Positions 1 to 10,000 of a stretch of 64,000 nucleotides of DNA are shown here, in pieces (the first letter of the stretch is position 1; each line of letters begins with the position of its first letter). The notes under the pieces were generated by a model, which had not been told where the DNA came from, made no database searches, and saw nothing but the letters and a program-made list of their open reading frames with translations. Source of the stretch: an uncultured Oscillospiraceae bacterium (GTDB lineage Bacteria > Bacillota > Clostridia > Oscillospirales > Acutalibacteraceae); assembly GCA_949295415.1 (NCBI GenBank), contig CASFLA010000052.1, positions 25,911 to 89,910 of the forward strand, given 5' to 3'. Position numbers and translations under genes: made by a program.

Positions 1-255
1 ATCCGATACCATACAACAGGCAAAGCTGATATGACATTACCGGAAAAAATAATCTATATTGCCGATTTAACCGAGGTAAACAGAGATTATCCCGATGTTG
101 ATGTTGTCCGAGCACTTTTAAAAGATGATATTGATAAAGCAATTATTTATGCTTTAAAATATACTTTGAAAAAGCTATCGGCGGATAATAAGCCTATTCA
201 TCCAAATACTCTGGATGCTTATAATTTTTTAGTTTTAAACAGTGAGGATTTTTAA
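1..255 (+). CDS. yqeK: HD-domain hydrolase YqeK family, C-terminal part (5' end lies upstream of the window)
   Basis: The frame is open from nt 1 (IRYHTTGKADMTLPEK...), so the Met at 31 is internal. HTTG motif present. Conserved yqeK-rsfS-leuS gene order. Confidence 0.75.
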   Translation: MRYHTTGKADMTLPEKIIYIADLTEVNRDYPDVDVVRALLKDDIDKAIIYALKYTLKKLSADNKPIHPNTLDAYNFLVLNSEDF

Positions 256-620
256 TGGATAGTTTTAACATTTTAAAGATTGCCGCAAATGCCCTTAACA
301 ACAAAAAGGCTATGCAGCTGGAGGCAATTTATATTGAGGAAATAAGCGACCTTAGCGATTATTTTGTTATCTGCACCGCAACCTCAAATGCTCATATAAG
401 AGCGCTTGCCGATGCGGTTGAAGAAAAATTGAAAGAAGCAGGAGTTATGCCGAATCATATTGAGGGTAAAGCATCAGACTGGTTGCTTCTTGATTACGGC
501 ACCGTTGTTATCCATATTTTCGGCAAGGCTTCAAGAGAGTTTTATGCTCTTGACCATATGTGGAATGACGGCGAGCAGGTTGATTTAGATAAAATACTTG
601 AACTTAATTTGGAGGGTTAA
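255..620 (+). CDS. rsfS: ribosome silencing factor RsfS
   Basis: 121 aa with typical RsfS/DUF143 blocks (YFVICTATSNAHIRALADAV, WLLLDYGTVVIHIF). TAATG overlap with the yqeK stop. Confidence 0.9.
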   Translation: MDSFNILKIAANALNNKKAMQLEAIYIEEISDLSDYFVICTATSNAHIRALADAVEEKLKEAGVMPNHIEGKASDWLLLDYGTVVIHIFGKASREFYALDHMWNDGEQVDLDKILELNLEG

Positions 621-622
621 CC

Positions 623-3025
623 TTGAAATACGATTTTAAAAGCATAGAAGAAAAATGGCAAAAGAAATGGGAAGAGGAACAGGCATTCGTTTGCTCGGAG
701 GATACTTCTAAGCCTAAGTTTTACGGTCTTGTTGAGTTTCCTTATCCCAGCGGCGCAGGTATGCATGTTGGCCATATCAAAGCATACTCAGGCCTTGAGG
801 TTGTTTCGAGAAAGAGAAGAATGCAGGGCTATAATGTTCTGTTCCCGATAGGCTTTGATGCTTACGGTCTTCCTACCGAAAACTCGGCAATTAAGTTTAA
901 TATTCATCCGAGAATTTTGACCGACCGCAATATTGAAAAATTCACCTCTCAGCTTAAAAGAGTCGGCTTCTCTTTTGATTGGACTAAGACCATAGATACT
1001 ACCGAAGAGGGTTATTATAAGTGGACTCAGTGGATATTCTTAAAGCTTTTTGAAAACGGCCTTGTTTTCAGAGATAATGCGCTTGTTAATTATTGCCCGA
1101 GCTGTAAGGTCGTTCTTTCTAATGAGGACTCTCAGGGTGGCAAATGCGATATTTGCCATAGCGATATAGTTCAGAAATCAAAAACAGTTTGGTATTTAAA
1201 AATCACCGAGTATGCCGATAAGCTTTTGCAGGGTCTTGAAGAGGTTGATTACCCTGAAAACATTAAAATGCAGCAGAAGAACTGGATTGGTAAATCAACA
1301 GGTGCTTTTGTTGATTTCACTGTTAAGGAATTAGGCGAAAAGCTTCGCGTTTATACCACAAGATGTGATACACTTTTCGGCGTTACCTTTATGGTTATCG
1401 CTCCCGAGCATCCCATTATTGAGGCTAACCGCGATAAAATCAGCAATATTGCCGCACTTGATGCTTATAAAGAGGAATGCGCTAAGAAAACCGAGTTTGA
1501 ACGCACCCAGCTGGCCAAGGACAAAACCGGTGTTAAAATTGAGGGCCTTACCGCAATCAACCCCGTTAACAATAAGGAAATACCCATTTACATATCCGAT
1601 TATGTTATGATGGGCTACGGCACAGGCGCTATTATGGCAGTTCCTGCTCATGACCAACGCGATTACGAATTTGCCAAGAAATTCTCGATTGATATTATCG
1701 AGGTCATTAAGGGCGGAAATATTGAAAAAGAAGCCTATAGTGGCGATGGCGAAATGGTAAACTCCGAGTTCTTAAACGGATTTACCAACAAAAAAGATTC
1801 TATTGACAGAATGCTCGAGTTTATTGGCGAAAAAGGAATTGGCGAAAAGGGCGTTCAGTATAAGATGAAGGATTGGGCGTTCAACCGTCAGAGATATTGG
1901 GGCGAGCCGATTCCGATAGTTCATTGTTCAAAATGCGGAATTGTTCCTGTTCCTTATGATGAGTTGCCGCTTCGCTTGCCTGAGGTTGAAAACTTTGAGC
2001 CCGGTGAGGGCGGCGAAAGCCCGCTTGCAAAGATTGATTCCTTTGTTAACTGCAAGTGCCCGAAATGTAAAGGCGATGCAAAGAGAGAAACCGATACTAT
2101 GCCGCAGTGGGCAGGCTCATCCTGGTATTTCTTGCGCTATATTGACCCCAAAAACGAGAATGTTTTTGCAGATAAAGAGAAGCTTAAATACTGGTTGCCT
2201 GTTGATTGGTATAACGGTGGTATGGAGCATGTAACGCGTCATCTTATCTATTCCCGTTTCTGGCATAAGTTCCTTTATGATATTGGCGAGGTCCCCACTA
2301 ATGAGCCTTATTTAAAGCGTTCAGCTCAGGGCCTTATCTTGGGCGAGGATGGCGAAAAGATGAGTAAATCAAAGGGCAACGTTGTTGACCCCAATGATGT
2401 TGTTGACTCGTTTGGTGCCGATGTTTTAAGAGTTTACATTCTCTTTATGGGCGATTATGGAATGGCTGCCCCTTGGAGTGATAGCAGCGTTAAGGGTTGT
2501 AAGCGCTTTTTGGATAAGGTTGCTGACCTTTTTGATATGGCAAAGGGAACAGGTGTGACACCTAAGTTAGAGTCGGCTATGCATAAAACCATAAAGAAAG
2601 TATCGCAGGATATTGAAGATATGAAATTCAATACCGCGATTGCCGCTATGATGACCCTTGTAAACACAATTTGCGAGGAAAAGACTTTAACTGTTGATGA
2701 GCTTAAAACCTTTGTTCGTTTGCTTTGCCCGTTTGCTCCGCATCTTTGCGAGGAAATGTGGGCCAACTTAGGTGGCGAGGGCCTCTGCTCACTTGCAGAG
2801 TGGCCCACCTATGATGAGAGCAAAACTGTTGATTCTACCGTTGAGGTTGTTGTTCAGATTAACGGCAAATTGAGAGCTAAGCTTATGGTCGCAAAGGATA
2901 TTTCTAAGGATGACGCTATTGCCGCTGCTAAGGCTGATGTAAAAATTGCAGCTGAAATCGCAGGAAAAACCGTTATTAAAGAGATTTATGTGCCCGGTAA
3001 GATAGTAAATCTCGTTGTAAAATAA
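623..3025 (+). CDS. leuS: leucine--tRNA ligase
   Basis: 800 aa with a HIGH-type motif (HVGH) and KMSKS (GEKMSKSKGN). Class I LeuRS architecture. TTG start 2 nt after the rsfS stop. Confidence 0.97.
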   Translation: MKYDFKSIEEKWQKKWEEEQAFVCSEDTSKPKFYGLVEFPYPSGAGMHVGHIKAYSGLEVVSRKRRMQGYNVLFPIGFDAYGLPTENSAIKFNIHPRILTDRNIEKFTSQLKRVGFSFDWTKTIDTTEEGYYKWTQWIFLKLFENGLVFRDNALVNYCPSCKVVLSNEDSQGGKCDICHSDIVQKSKTVWYLKITEYADKLLQGLEEVDYPENIKMQQKNWIGKSTGAFVDFTVKELGEKLRVYTTRCDTLFGVTFMVIAPEHPIIEANRDKISNIAALDAYKEECAKKTEFERTQLAKDKTGVKIEGLTAINPVNNKEIPIYISDYVMMGYGTGAIMAVPAHDQRDYEFAKKFSIDIIEVIKGGNIEKEAYSGDGEMVNSEFLNGFTNKKDSIDRMLEFIGEKGIGEKGVQYKMKDWAFNRQRYWGEPIPIVHCSKCGIVPVPYDELPLRLPEVENFEPGEGGESPLAKIDSFVNCKCPKCKGDAKRETDTMPQWAGSSWYFLRYIDPKNENVFADKEKLKYWLPVDWYNGGMEHVTRHLIYSRFWHKFLYDIGEVPTNEPYLKRSAQGLILGEDGEKMSKSKGNVVDPNDVVDSFGADVLRVYILFMGDYGMAAPWSDSSVKGCKRFLDKVADLFDMAKGTGVTPKLESAMHKTIKKVSQDIEDMKFNTAIAAMMTLVNTICEEKTLTVDELKTFVRLLCPFAPHLCEEMWANLGGEGLCSLAEWPTYDESKTVDSTVEVVVQINGKLRAKLMVAKDISKDDAIAAAKADVKIAAEIAGKTVIKEIYVPGKIVNLVVK

Positions 3026-3053
3026 TTAGTTAAATAACTTAATAAATTATCTC

Positions 3054-3083
3054 TTGACATTAGCATAGTGTTCGGTGTATAAT
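3054..3083 (+). promoter_or_regulatory. sigma-A-type promoter for rpsU (TTGACA-18-TATAAT)
   Basis: TTGACA at 3054-3059 and TATAAT at 3078-3083, about 50 nt upstream of the rpsU ATG. Confidence 0.5.
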
Positions 3084-3135
3084 TATTAAAAATGTTTATT
3101 ACCCTTGCTAATAGGCAAAAGGGAGGGAATATAGA

Positions 3136-3312
3136 ATGAGCCAGGTTCGTGTAAAAGAAAATGAATCATTGGAAAACGCACTCAGACGCTTTAAGAGGCA
3201 AACTCAGAAGGACGGAGTTATTCAGGAAGTCCGCAAGAGAGAGCACTATGAGAAGCCTTCTGTTAAGCGCAAGAAGAAATCGGAAGCAGCCCGTAAGCGC
3301 AAGTTCCGCTAA
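3136..3312 (+). CDS. rpsU: 30S ribosomal protein S21 (58 aa; below the ORF-track length cutoff)
   Basis: Hand translation gives [65 protein letters not shown] Shine-Dalgarno 7 nt upstream. Followed by a terminator. Confidence 0.9.
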   Translation: MSQVRVKENESLENALRRFKRQTQKDGVIQEVRKREHYEKPSVKRKKKSEAARKRKFR

Positions 3313-3323
3313 TTAAAAAACAA

Positions 3324-3358
3324 GAAGCGATCGGATTGCATCCGATTGCTTCTTTGTC
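3324..3358 (+). terminator. rho-independent terminator of rpsU
   Basis: Stem gaagcgatcggat / atccgattgcttc with a 3-nt loop, followed by a T-rich tail. Confidence 0.7.
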
Positions 3359-3374
3359 TTTAAAAGAGGTTTAT

Positions 3375-3860
3375 ATGTCATTATTTAGTGCAACAATTGT
3401 TTTAAAAAGAATAACCGAAATAACTCCCCGGATGCTAAAAGAGCAGGGAATCGAGTATCTTTTGTTAGATGTTGATAATACTCTTTCAACCCACCACGGA
3501 ACTATTCTCATTGACGGGTTAAAAGATTGGATAGAGGGCACCTTGAATAGCGGTATAAAGCTGATGGTGGTTTCAAACTCTAAAAGAAAGAGAATTGAGC
3601 CCTTTGCGGCTAAAATAGGGCTTCCGTTTGTCAGCCTTGCTTTAAAACCGTTCCCTTTTGGTTATAATAAAGCGGTAAAGGCCCTGAACGCAAATAAGAA
3701 AAACAGCGCCATTGTAGGCGACCAGATTTTTACCGATATTTTGGGAGCAAACCTTTATGGTATTAAATCTTTTTTGACAAGGCCTGTTTTATTGGAGGAT
3801 GGCGTAAGCTTTAAAATCCGCCGTTATTTCGAGAAAAAATTACTTAAGGATAAATTCTAA
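3375..3860 (+). CDS. yqeG: YqeG-family HAD-IIIA phosphatase
   Basis: DVDNTL (DxDxT) and GDQIFTDI motifs. The track start at 3336 lies inside the rpsU terminator, so Met at 3375 is preferred. Confidence 0.8.
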   Translation: MSLFSATIVLKRITEITPRMLKEQGIEYLLLDVDNTLSTHHGTILIDGLKDWIEGTLNSGIKLMVVSNSKRKRIEPFAAKIGLPFVSLALKPFPFGYNKAVKALNANKKNSAIVGDQIFTDILGANLYGIKSFLTRPVLLEDGVSFKIRRYFEKKLLKDKF

Positions 3861-3872
3861 GGTGGTGTGAAA

Positions 3873-4727
3873 ATGTCTGCAATTTTCGGCCCTGCCGGTT
3901 GCTCAGAACAGTATATGCAATTAGGCTATAAGGGTAGTCTTGATATTCCGAGAATAACTAAAGAGGTTGGTCTTGATGCTTTTGAGTATCAGTGTGGCAG
4001 AGGTGTTAATATAGGCGAAGAAAAAGCAAGAGCACTGGGTAAGCTTGCCAACGAAGCAGACGTCACGCTTTCGCTTCACGCGCCTTATTATATTTCAATG
4101 TCGAGCGTTGAGGAAGAGAAAAGACTCAACTCAATAAACTATATTTTGAGCAGCGCAAAAGCGGTGGACTTTATGGGTGGCAACCGCATTATAGTTCACA
4201 CCGGATCTTGCGGCAAGCTGCCGCGAGATGAGGCACTAAAACTCGCGATGAATACTATGGAGCTTTCCTTAAAAGCGCTCCAAGATGCAGGACTATCTCA
4301 TATTCATATCTGCCCCGAAACGATGGGTAAGATAAATCAGCTTGGCGATTTTAATGAGGTTATGACACTTTGCGAAATGGATAAAAGCCTCATTCCTTGT
4401 ATTGACTTTGGGCATCTTAACGCAAGAACCTATGGTCAAGTTAATTCAAAAGATGCATTCAAGTATATAATTGAGGAAATGGGTAATCGCTTAGGCGAGG
4501 ATAGAATGAAGCATTTTCATTCGCATTTTTCAAAAATTGAATGGACCAACGGCGGTGAGAAAAAGCATCTTACATTTGCCGATTCGGTTTTTGGCCCAAA
4601 TTTTGAGCCCTTAATGGAACTTATTGCCGAATACTCATTAGAACCAACAATTATTTGTGAGTCGGATAACACTCAGTCACAGGACGCTCTTAAAATGAAA
4701 CAATATTACCTTGAAAGGTTGAAATAA
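3873..4727 (+). CDS. endonuclease IV-like / xylose-isomerase-like TIM-barrel protein
   Basis: Blocks HAPYYISM, RIIVHTGS, CPETMGK and CIDFGHLNAR resemble AP-endonuclease family 2. AAGGTGG SD favours the ATG at 3873 over the GTG at 3867. Confidence 0.7.
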   Translation: MSAIFGPAGCSEQYMQLGYKGSLDIPRITKEVGLDAFEYQCGRGVNIGEEKARALGKLANEADVTLSLHAPYYISMSSVEEEKRLNSINYILSSAKAVDFMGGNRIIVHTGSCGKLPRDEALKLAMNTMELSLKALQDAGLSHIHICPETMGKINQLGDFNEVMTLCEMDKSLIPCIDFGHLNARTYGQVNSKDAFKYIIEEMGNRLGEDRMKHFHSHFSKIEWTNGGEKKHLTFADSVFGPNFEPLMELIAEYSLEPTIICESDNTQSQDALKMKQYYLERLK

Positions 4728-4728
4728 A

Positions 4729-5169
4729 ATGGCAAACAGGAAATTACTTATAATAAACGGACCGAACCTTAATCTTTTGTCGGTTCGTGAGCCCGGTATC
4801 TACGGAAACCAGTCGCTTGAAGAGATAAACAATGCAATTTCCGTTTATGCAAAGGGAATGGATATTAACTGCTCATTCTTTCAGTCAAATTGCGAGGGTG
4901 AGATAGTTTCGGCTTTGCATAGTGTCAGAACCGATTATGACGGTTGCATTTTAAATGCAGGTGCCTATACTCATTACAGCTATGCCATATATGATGCTAT
5001 AAAGGCTATTGAAAAGCCTGTTATTGAGGTTCATCTTTCTAATGTTAACGCAAGGGAAGAGTTCCGCAAAACCTCGGTTATTGCTCCCGCTTGTGTTGGC
5101 AGTATTTCAGGCTTTGGCAAAAACAGTTATTTCCTTGCGGTTAACGTGATGAAAGAAATTTTGAAATGA
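4729..5169 (+). CDS. aroQ: type II 3-dehydroquinate dehydratase
   Basis: 146 aa with INGPNLNLL, REPGIYG and NAGAYTHYS signature blocks. Confidence 0.92.
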   Translation: MANRKLLIINGPNLNLLSVREPGIYGNQSLEEINNAISVYAKGMDINCSFFQSNCEGEIVSALHSVRTDYDGCILNAGAYTHYSYAIYDAIKAIEKPVIEVHLSNVNAREEFRKTSVIAPACVGSISGFGKNSYFLAVNVMKEILK

Positions 5170-6224
5170 TAAGGCTGCAGAACTTTTTGCAAGAAGGTTC
5201 GGCGGCAATTATTGTGACCGATATCGGAAGGCTTTATTTTACAGGCTTTAAGTCGTCATTGGGGTATCTTGCGGTTTCAAGAAATAAGGCAACCTTGTTT
5301 TTAGACGGAAGATATTACCTTGCAGCAAATATGAGTGTTAAGGCTTGTGAGGTTGCGCTGATTAGTGATATTTCTTCTCAACTTAATGAATTTTTTAAAG
5401 CTGAAAAAGTTAAAAAGATTTTAACCGAGAAGGATATCACTCTAACTGAGTTTTCTTATATTTCTAAAATGTTAAAAGACTTCTCGGTTGAGGCTTCGGA
5501 TGAAATGCTCGAATTTATTGACTGCTTAAGAGCTGTTAAATCTGAATGGGAAATTGAGTGCATTAAAAAGGCTCAAAGTATTGCGGAAAAAGCACTCGAT
5601 AAAACCTTGCCCTTAATAAAGGAAGGCGTTACCGAAAAGGAAATCGCGGCGTTTTTGGAATACCAGATGAGCATTTTAGGTTCCGAAAGGCCGTCCTTTG
5701 AAACGATAGTGGTTGCAGGTAAAAAGAGCGCTATGCCTCATGGAGTGCCTGATGATAATAAAATTAAAAACGGCGACTTTGTAACCATTGACTTTGGCGC
5801 TGTTTATAATGGCTACCACAGCGATATGACCAGAACCTTTGCTGTCGGCTCTTGCAGTGGTAAAATGAAAGAGGTTTATAACCTTGTTTTAGAGGCAAAT
5901 CTTGCGGCGGAAAAAGCGGTTATAAAGGGCGCAAAGTGTTCCTTAGTTGATAAAGCGGCAAGAGATGTTATCGAAAACGGTGGTTATGGTAAATATTTTA
6001 CTCATAGCACAGGGCATTCTTTGGGACTTGAAATTCATGAAGTTCCGTCACTGTCGCCTAAATCCGATCAGGTTTTATCGGTTGGAAACATTGTTACCGA
6101 TGAGCCCGGAATTTATATTGACTCAGAATTTGGCGTCAGAATAGAGGATATGCTTTTAGTAACCGAAAACGGTGTTTTAAATCTGACAAATTACCCTAAA
6201 AAATTAGTTGTATTAAATAATTAA
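5166..6224 (+). CDS. M24 family Xaa-Pro aminopeptidase
   Basis: Metal-ligand blocks (DFGAVYNGYHSDMTRT, HSTGHSLGLEIHE, GIYI...GVRIED). ATGA overlap with aroQ. Confidence 0.88.
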   Translation: MIRLQNFLQEGSAAIIVTDIGRLYFTGFKSSLGYLAVSRNKATLFLDGRYYLAANMSVKACEVALISDISSQLNEFFKAEKVKKILTEKDITLTEFSYISKMLKDFSVEASDEMLEFIDCLRAVKSEWEIECIKKAQSIAEKALDKTLPLIKEGVTEKEIAAFLEYQMSILGSERPSFETIVVAGKKSAMPHGVPDDNKIKNGDFVTIDFGAVYNGYHSDMTRTFAVGSCSGKMKEVYNLVLEANLAAEKAVIKGAKCSLVDKAARDVIENGGYGKYFTHSTGHSLGLEIHEVPSLSPKSDQVLSVGNIVTDEPGIYIDSEFGVRIEDMLLVTENGVLNLTNYPKKLVVLNN

Positions 6225-6291
6225 AAATATACTTGCAAATATGGGGAAAATAATGTAAAATAATTGCAGTATATTTATGGAGGTATAAATT

Positions 6292-6849
6292 ATGATTACT
6301 GCCGGCGATTTTAGAAACGGTGTAACCTTTGAAATGGATGAAAAGGTTTATCAGATAGTCGAGTTCCAGCATGTTAAACCCGGTAAGGGCGCAGCATTTG
6401 TTAGAACCAAAATCAGAAATGTTATTGAGGGCTCAGTTATTGAAAGAACCTTCAACCCTACAGAAAAGTTCCCGACCGCTTTTGTTGAGCGTAAAGATAT
6501 GGAATATTCTTATTCCGATGGTGACCTTTATTATTTCATGGATTCTGAGACCTATGAACTCGTTCCCGTAAGCGCAAATGAACTTGGCGATAACTTCAAG
6601 TTTGTTAAAGAAAATATGGTTTGCAAGGTTCTTTCCTATAAGGGCAAGGTTTTCGGCGTTGAGCCGCCTACCTTTGTTGAGCTTACCGTTACCCAGACCG
6701 ACCCCGGCTTTGCAGGCAACACCGCAACCAACGCAACCAAACCCGCTACTTTGGAAACCGGTTGTGAAATCCGCGTTCCGCTCTTCATTAATGAGGGCGA
6801 TGTTATCCGTATTGATACCAGAACCGGCGAATATATGGAGCGCGCATAA
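6292..6849 (+). CDS. efp: elongation factor P
   Basis: 185 aa. [13 protein letters not shown] loop with the modified-Lys context. Full-length EF-P pattern. Confidence 0.96.
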   Translation: MITAGDFRNGVTFEMDEKVYQIVEFQHVKPGKGAAFVRTKIRNVIEGSVIERTFNPTEKFPTAFVERKDMEYSYSDGDLYYFMDSETYELVPVSANELGDNFKFVKENMVCKVLSYKGKVFGVEPPTFVELTVTQTDPGFAGNTATNATKPATLETGCEIRVPLFINEGDVIRIDTRTGEYMERA

Positions 6850-6909
6850 TTCTTTGATTTTTTTGAAATAATAGTTCATAAGCCGATATTTCGGCAGGAG
6901 GAAAATATT

Positions 6910-7311
6910 ATGACAATCACTGAAAAAGTTGCTTACATCAAGGGCCTTGCAGAAAATGCAGGCTTTGATAACGATGAGAAGAAGGATAAGGTTGTTACCG
7001 CTCTTATCGATGCTTTAGAGGATATTGCCAACTTGGTTGCCGATATGTGTGACCAGATTGATGCAGTTGATGAGGACCTCGCCGCATTAGAGGAAGACTT
7101 CTATGAGGATGAGGACTACGATGAGTTCGATGATGACGATGACGATGATGACTTCTGCTATGAAGTTGAATGCCCGACCTGCCATGACATTATTTATCTT
7201 GACGATGAGATGATTGACGAGGGCGGCATCAAGTGCCCTAACTGCGGCGAAGAGCTTGAGTTTGATTTTTCATGCGATGAGTGCTGCGGATGCGACGGTA
7301 AGGATGAGTAA
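6910..7311 (+). CDS. highly acidic zinc-ribbon protein (CD1247-N-domain-like conserved hypothetical)
   Basis: 133 aa. N-terminal helical part, a D/E run (8 consecutive Asp), then CPTC...CPNC plus a Cys cluster CDECCGC. Strong SD. Confidence 0.7.
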   Translation: MTITEKVAYIKGLAENAGFDNDEKKDKVVTALIDALEDIANLVADMCDQIDAVDEDLAALEEDFYEDEDYDEFDDDDDDDDFCYEVECPTCHDIIYLDDEMIDEGGIKCPNCGEELEFDFSCDECCGCDGKDE

Positions 7312-7411
7312 TTCCTGCCTTTATAAAAGTTTTATGTGATTAAAAGTCCCCCGCGTTCTTATCGGAAATAAAGCCGATTTGAATTTGGGGGATTTAATTT
7401 TGGGGTGAACT

Positions 7412-8149
7412 ATGGCTGTTTTGCAGACTGCATTGAACTGGACCGCTACTACCGATAATATTGAGCTTAAAGCCTCAGCAATAATTGTTTGCGGCGGCAG
7501 TTCGGGCAGAATGAACGGAATAGATAAGATTTTTGCTAAAATAGGGAATATGCCTGTTGCCGCAAAAACTATTATGGCGTTCGAGGCCTTAAAAGAAATT
7601 TCAAATATAGTTGTAGTAACAAAAGAAGAAAGCGTTTTGCCTATGCAAAAGCTTTGTGACGAGTATGGCTTTAAAAAGGTTACCGATATTGTTGCAGGCG
7701 GAGCTTGCCGCGAGGAGTCGGTTTATAACGGTTTTAAAATGTTAAGTAGTGAGGAGCAGATTGTGCTTATTCATGACGGTGCAAGACCTTTTGTTACAAG
7801 TGAGGTTATTTTGCGCGTTTTAGCTTCGGCTAAGGCTTATTCTGCTGCAACATGCGCTGTCAATGTCAAGGATACAGTTAAGGTTGTAAAACCTGATGGG
7901 CTTATTGTTTCAACTCCCGATAGGAGCACTCTAAGGGCAGTTCAGACTCCGCAGGGCTTTACTTATTCTGTTTTTAAAAATGCTATAGAAGCTGCTAATG
8001 ATTTGAGCGTTTTTACAGATGATTGCTCGTTGATTGAGGCTTTTGGCTACCCCGTTTATACAGTTGAGGGCGATTATAACAATACCAAAATCACAACCAC
8101 AGATGACCTTGGATTTGCAAATTATCTAGTAACTAAGGATGGGAAATAA
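7412..8149 (+). CDS. ispD: 2-C-methyl-D-erythritol 4-phosphate cytidylyltransferase
   Basis: [11 protein letters not shown]-loop-like motif, [10 protein letters not shown] and QTPQGF blocks. 1-nt overlap with ispF. Confidence 0.9.
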   Translation: MAVLQTALNWTATTDNIELKASAIIVCGGSSGRMNGIDKIFAKIGNMPVAAKTIMAFEALKEISNIVVVTKEESVLPMQKLCDEYGFKKVTDIVAGGACREESVYNGFKMLSSEEQIVLIHDGARPFVTSEVILRVLASAKAYSAATCAVNVKDTVKVVKPDGLIVSTPDRSTLRAVQTPQGFTYSVFKNAIEAANDLSVFTDDCSLIEAFGYPVYTVEGDYNNTKITTTDDLGFANYLVTKDGK

Positions 8150-8625
8150 TGGATATAAGAATTGGCCATGGATATGATGTTCATCGCTTTAGCGAGGGCA
8201 GAAAGCTAATTGTTGGCGGCGTTACCATTCCGTTTAAATCAGGTCTTTTAGGCCATTCCGATGCCGATGTTTTGCTTCATGCGATAAGTGATGCCTTGCT
8301 TGGCGCCGCCGCGTTGGGCGATATAGGTAAGCATTTCCCCGATATCGATGAAAAGTATAAAGATGCTGACAGCCGTGTCCTCTTAAAAGAGGTTGTAGGC
8401 CTTATTAAAGATAAGGGATATGAGGTATCAAATATTGATGCCACCGTTGTTATGCAAAAACCGAAGCTAGCACCCTTTATAGATGAAATGAGAAAGAATA
8501 TTGCTGGGGATTGCCGAGTTTCAATAGATGCTGTAAATGTTAAGGCAACAACCGAGGAGAAGCTGGGTTTCACAGGCGAGCTTTTAGGCGCGTCGGCTCA
8601 TGCAGTCTGCATTATAAAGAGGTAA
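8149..8625 (+). CDS. ispF: 2-C-methyl-D-erythritol 2,4-cyclodiphosphate synthase
   Basis: [22 protein letters not shown] and DIGKHFPD motifs. Confidence 0.96.
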   Translation: MDIRIGHGYDVHRFSEGRKLIVGGVTIPFKSGLLGHSDADVLLHAISDALLGAAALGDIGKHFPDIDEKYKDADSRVLLKEVVGLIKDKGYEVSNIDATVVMQKPKLAPFIDEMRKNIAGDCRVSIDAVNVKATTEEKLGFTGELLGASAHAVCIIKR

Positions 8626-8667
8626 TATAAGCCATAAAATTTGCATATTTTCTTTCGGTGATATTTT

Positions 8668-9105
8668 ATGTTTATAACATCATTTAAAATGCCGAAGGGA
8701 ACATTTACATTAAGCTTTATAGCGGCGGTTATTTTATCCGCGGTGCTCGTTGTATCGTTAAATAAAGAAGGCTCAAAAGCTGTTGAGGCAAGAAACAGTC
8801 AATCGGTTTATGATTACATATCTTCATTTCATATAGAGGTTGATATAAAGGCTTTAAAAGAGGATGAAATAAAAGTTCCTGCAGCCTTTAATGATGTTTA
8901 TTATAATTATAATAAAATTCAAAAAGAGCAGGGCTTTGACCTTGAGATATACAAGGGCAAAACCCTTAAAAGATACACATATCCGATTATAAATGTTGAG
9001 GACGAAGGCTCCTTGTTCGCTGAGGTTATGACCTTTGACGGAATAATTGTTGCTGCCGATATTTATTCAACCAATATAGGCGGTAGCATAAGGCCCTTAA
9101 AGTGA
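8668..9105 (+). CDS. membrane-anchored protein, DUF4830-like
   Basis: N-terminal TM helix plus a C-terminal domain resembling DUF4830 proteins of Clostridia. Recognition from memory only. Confidence 0.5.
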   Translation: MFITSFKMPKGTFTLSFIAAVILSAVLVVSLNKEGSKAVEARNSQSVYDYISSFHIEVDIKALKEDEIKVPAAFNDVYYNYNKIQKEQGFDLEIYKGKTLKRYTYPIINVEDEGSLFAEVMTFDGIIVAADIYSTNIGGSIRPLK

Positions 9106-9111
9106 GGAAAG

Positions 9112-9828
9112 ATGGCAGAAAGACTTGATAAGTATATTTCGGTTTCCTTTTCAATTTCAAGAAAAGATGCGAGAAACGAAATAAAAAAAGGCTCGGTTAC
9201 TATAGATAATACTGTTATAAAGGACGCCGCTTTTAAGGTGCCACAAAAGGCAGAAGTAACCCTTGGCGGAAAGAAAGCAGAGTATAAAAAATATATTTAT
9301 GTTATGCTTAATAAGCCACAGGGAATTTTATCGGCATCCACTGATAAACAAAGAGAAACGGTCGTTGATTTAGTTTATAGAACTCATAAAAGAAGCGGTC
9401 TTTTTCCCGTAGGCCGTCTTGATAAGGATACAACGGGCTTTTTGATAGTGACCGACGACGGCGATTTTGGCCATAAGGTTATGTCGCCTAAAAATATGGT
9501 TGAAAAAGAGTATTTTGTTAAGGTGGACAAGCCGATAACCAATGAGGATATAAAGGTCTTGGAGAGCGGAGTTACGCTTGCTGACAAAACGAAATGCCGA
9601 CCTGCAAAAGTGAAACATCTTGACAATACGGAGGAATACCTCTCTATTGTTATAACCGAGGGTAAGTATCACGAAATTAAAAGAATGCTCGGCGTTGTTG
9701 GAGCGGGTGTTGTTTCGCTTCATAGGCATAGAATTGCCGGTGTTGTTTTGGATGAAAAATTAAAAGAAGGCGAATTTCGTGAATTAACCGATGATGAACT
9801 AATGGATTTAGCGAATTCACTAAAATAA
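9112..9828 (+). CDS. RsuA/RluB-family pseudouridine synthase with an S4 domain
   Basis: N-terminal S4 domain (RLDKYIS), catalytic GRLDKDTTG, and YHEIKRM block. Confidence 0.9.
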   Translation: MAERLDKYISVSFSISRKDARNEIKKGSVTIDNTVIKDAAFKVPQKAEVTLGGKKAEYKKYIYVMLNKPQGILSASTDKQRETVVDLVYRTHKRSGLFPVGRLDKDTTGFLIVTDDGDFGHKVMSPKNMVEKEYFVKVDKPITNEDIKVLESGVTLADKTKCRPAKVKHLDNTEEYLSIVITEGKYHEIKRMLGVVGAGVVSLHRHRIAGVVLDEKLKEGEFRELTDDELMDLANSLK

Positions 9829-10000
9829 TCCACAATATTTTGTTATGATTAGTTAAAATTTCATTTAGTTATTTACAAATTATATAAATCGCATAAAATT
9901 ACAACCTTAAGTTTGGACAAATAGGGTATAGATATTTCAAATGTTATTTGCTATAATTTTATAAGTTAATAATGGCTTATAGACTTTAGGAGGAAAAAAT

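Noticed and set aside
1331-2808. ORF-track entries inside or antisense to leuS (1331-1657 minus, 1365-1610 plus, 1941-2234 plus, 2455-2808 minus). The same applies to comparable shadow ORFs inside dnaK, clpC, acn, lacZ, the ABC ATPase and other large genes.
   Set aside because: They lie entirely within strongly supported genes, in other frames or on the other strand. They have low-complexity, Ser/Leu/Arg-rich translations with no SD. These are typical shadow ORFs.
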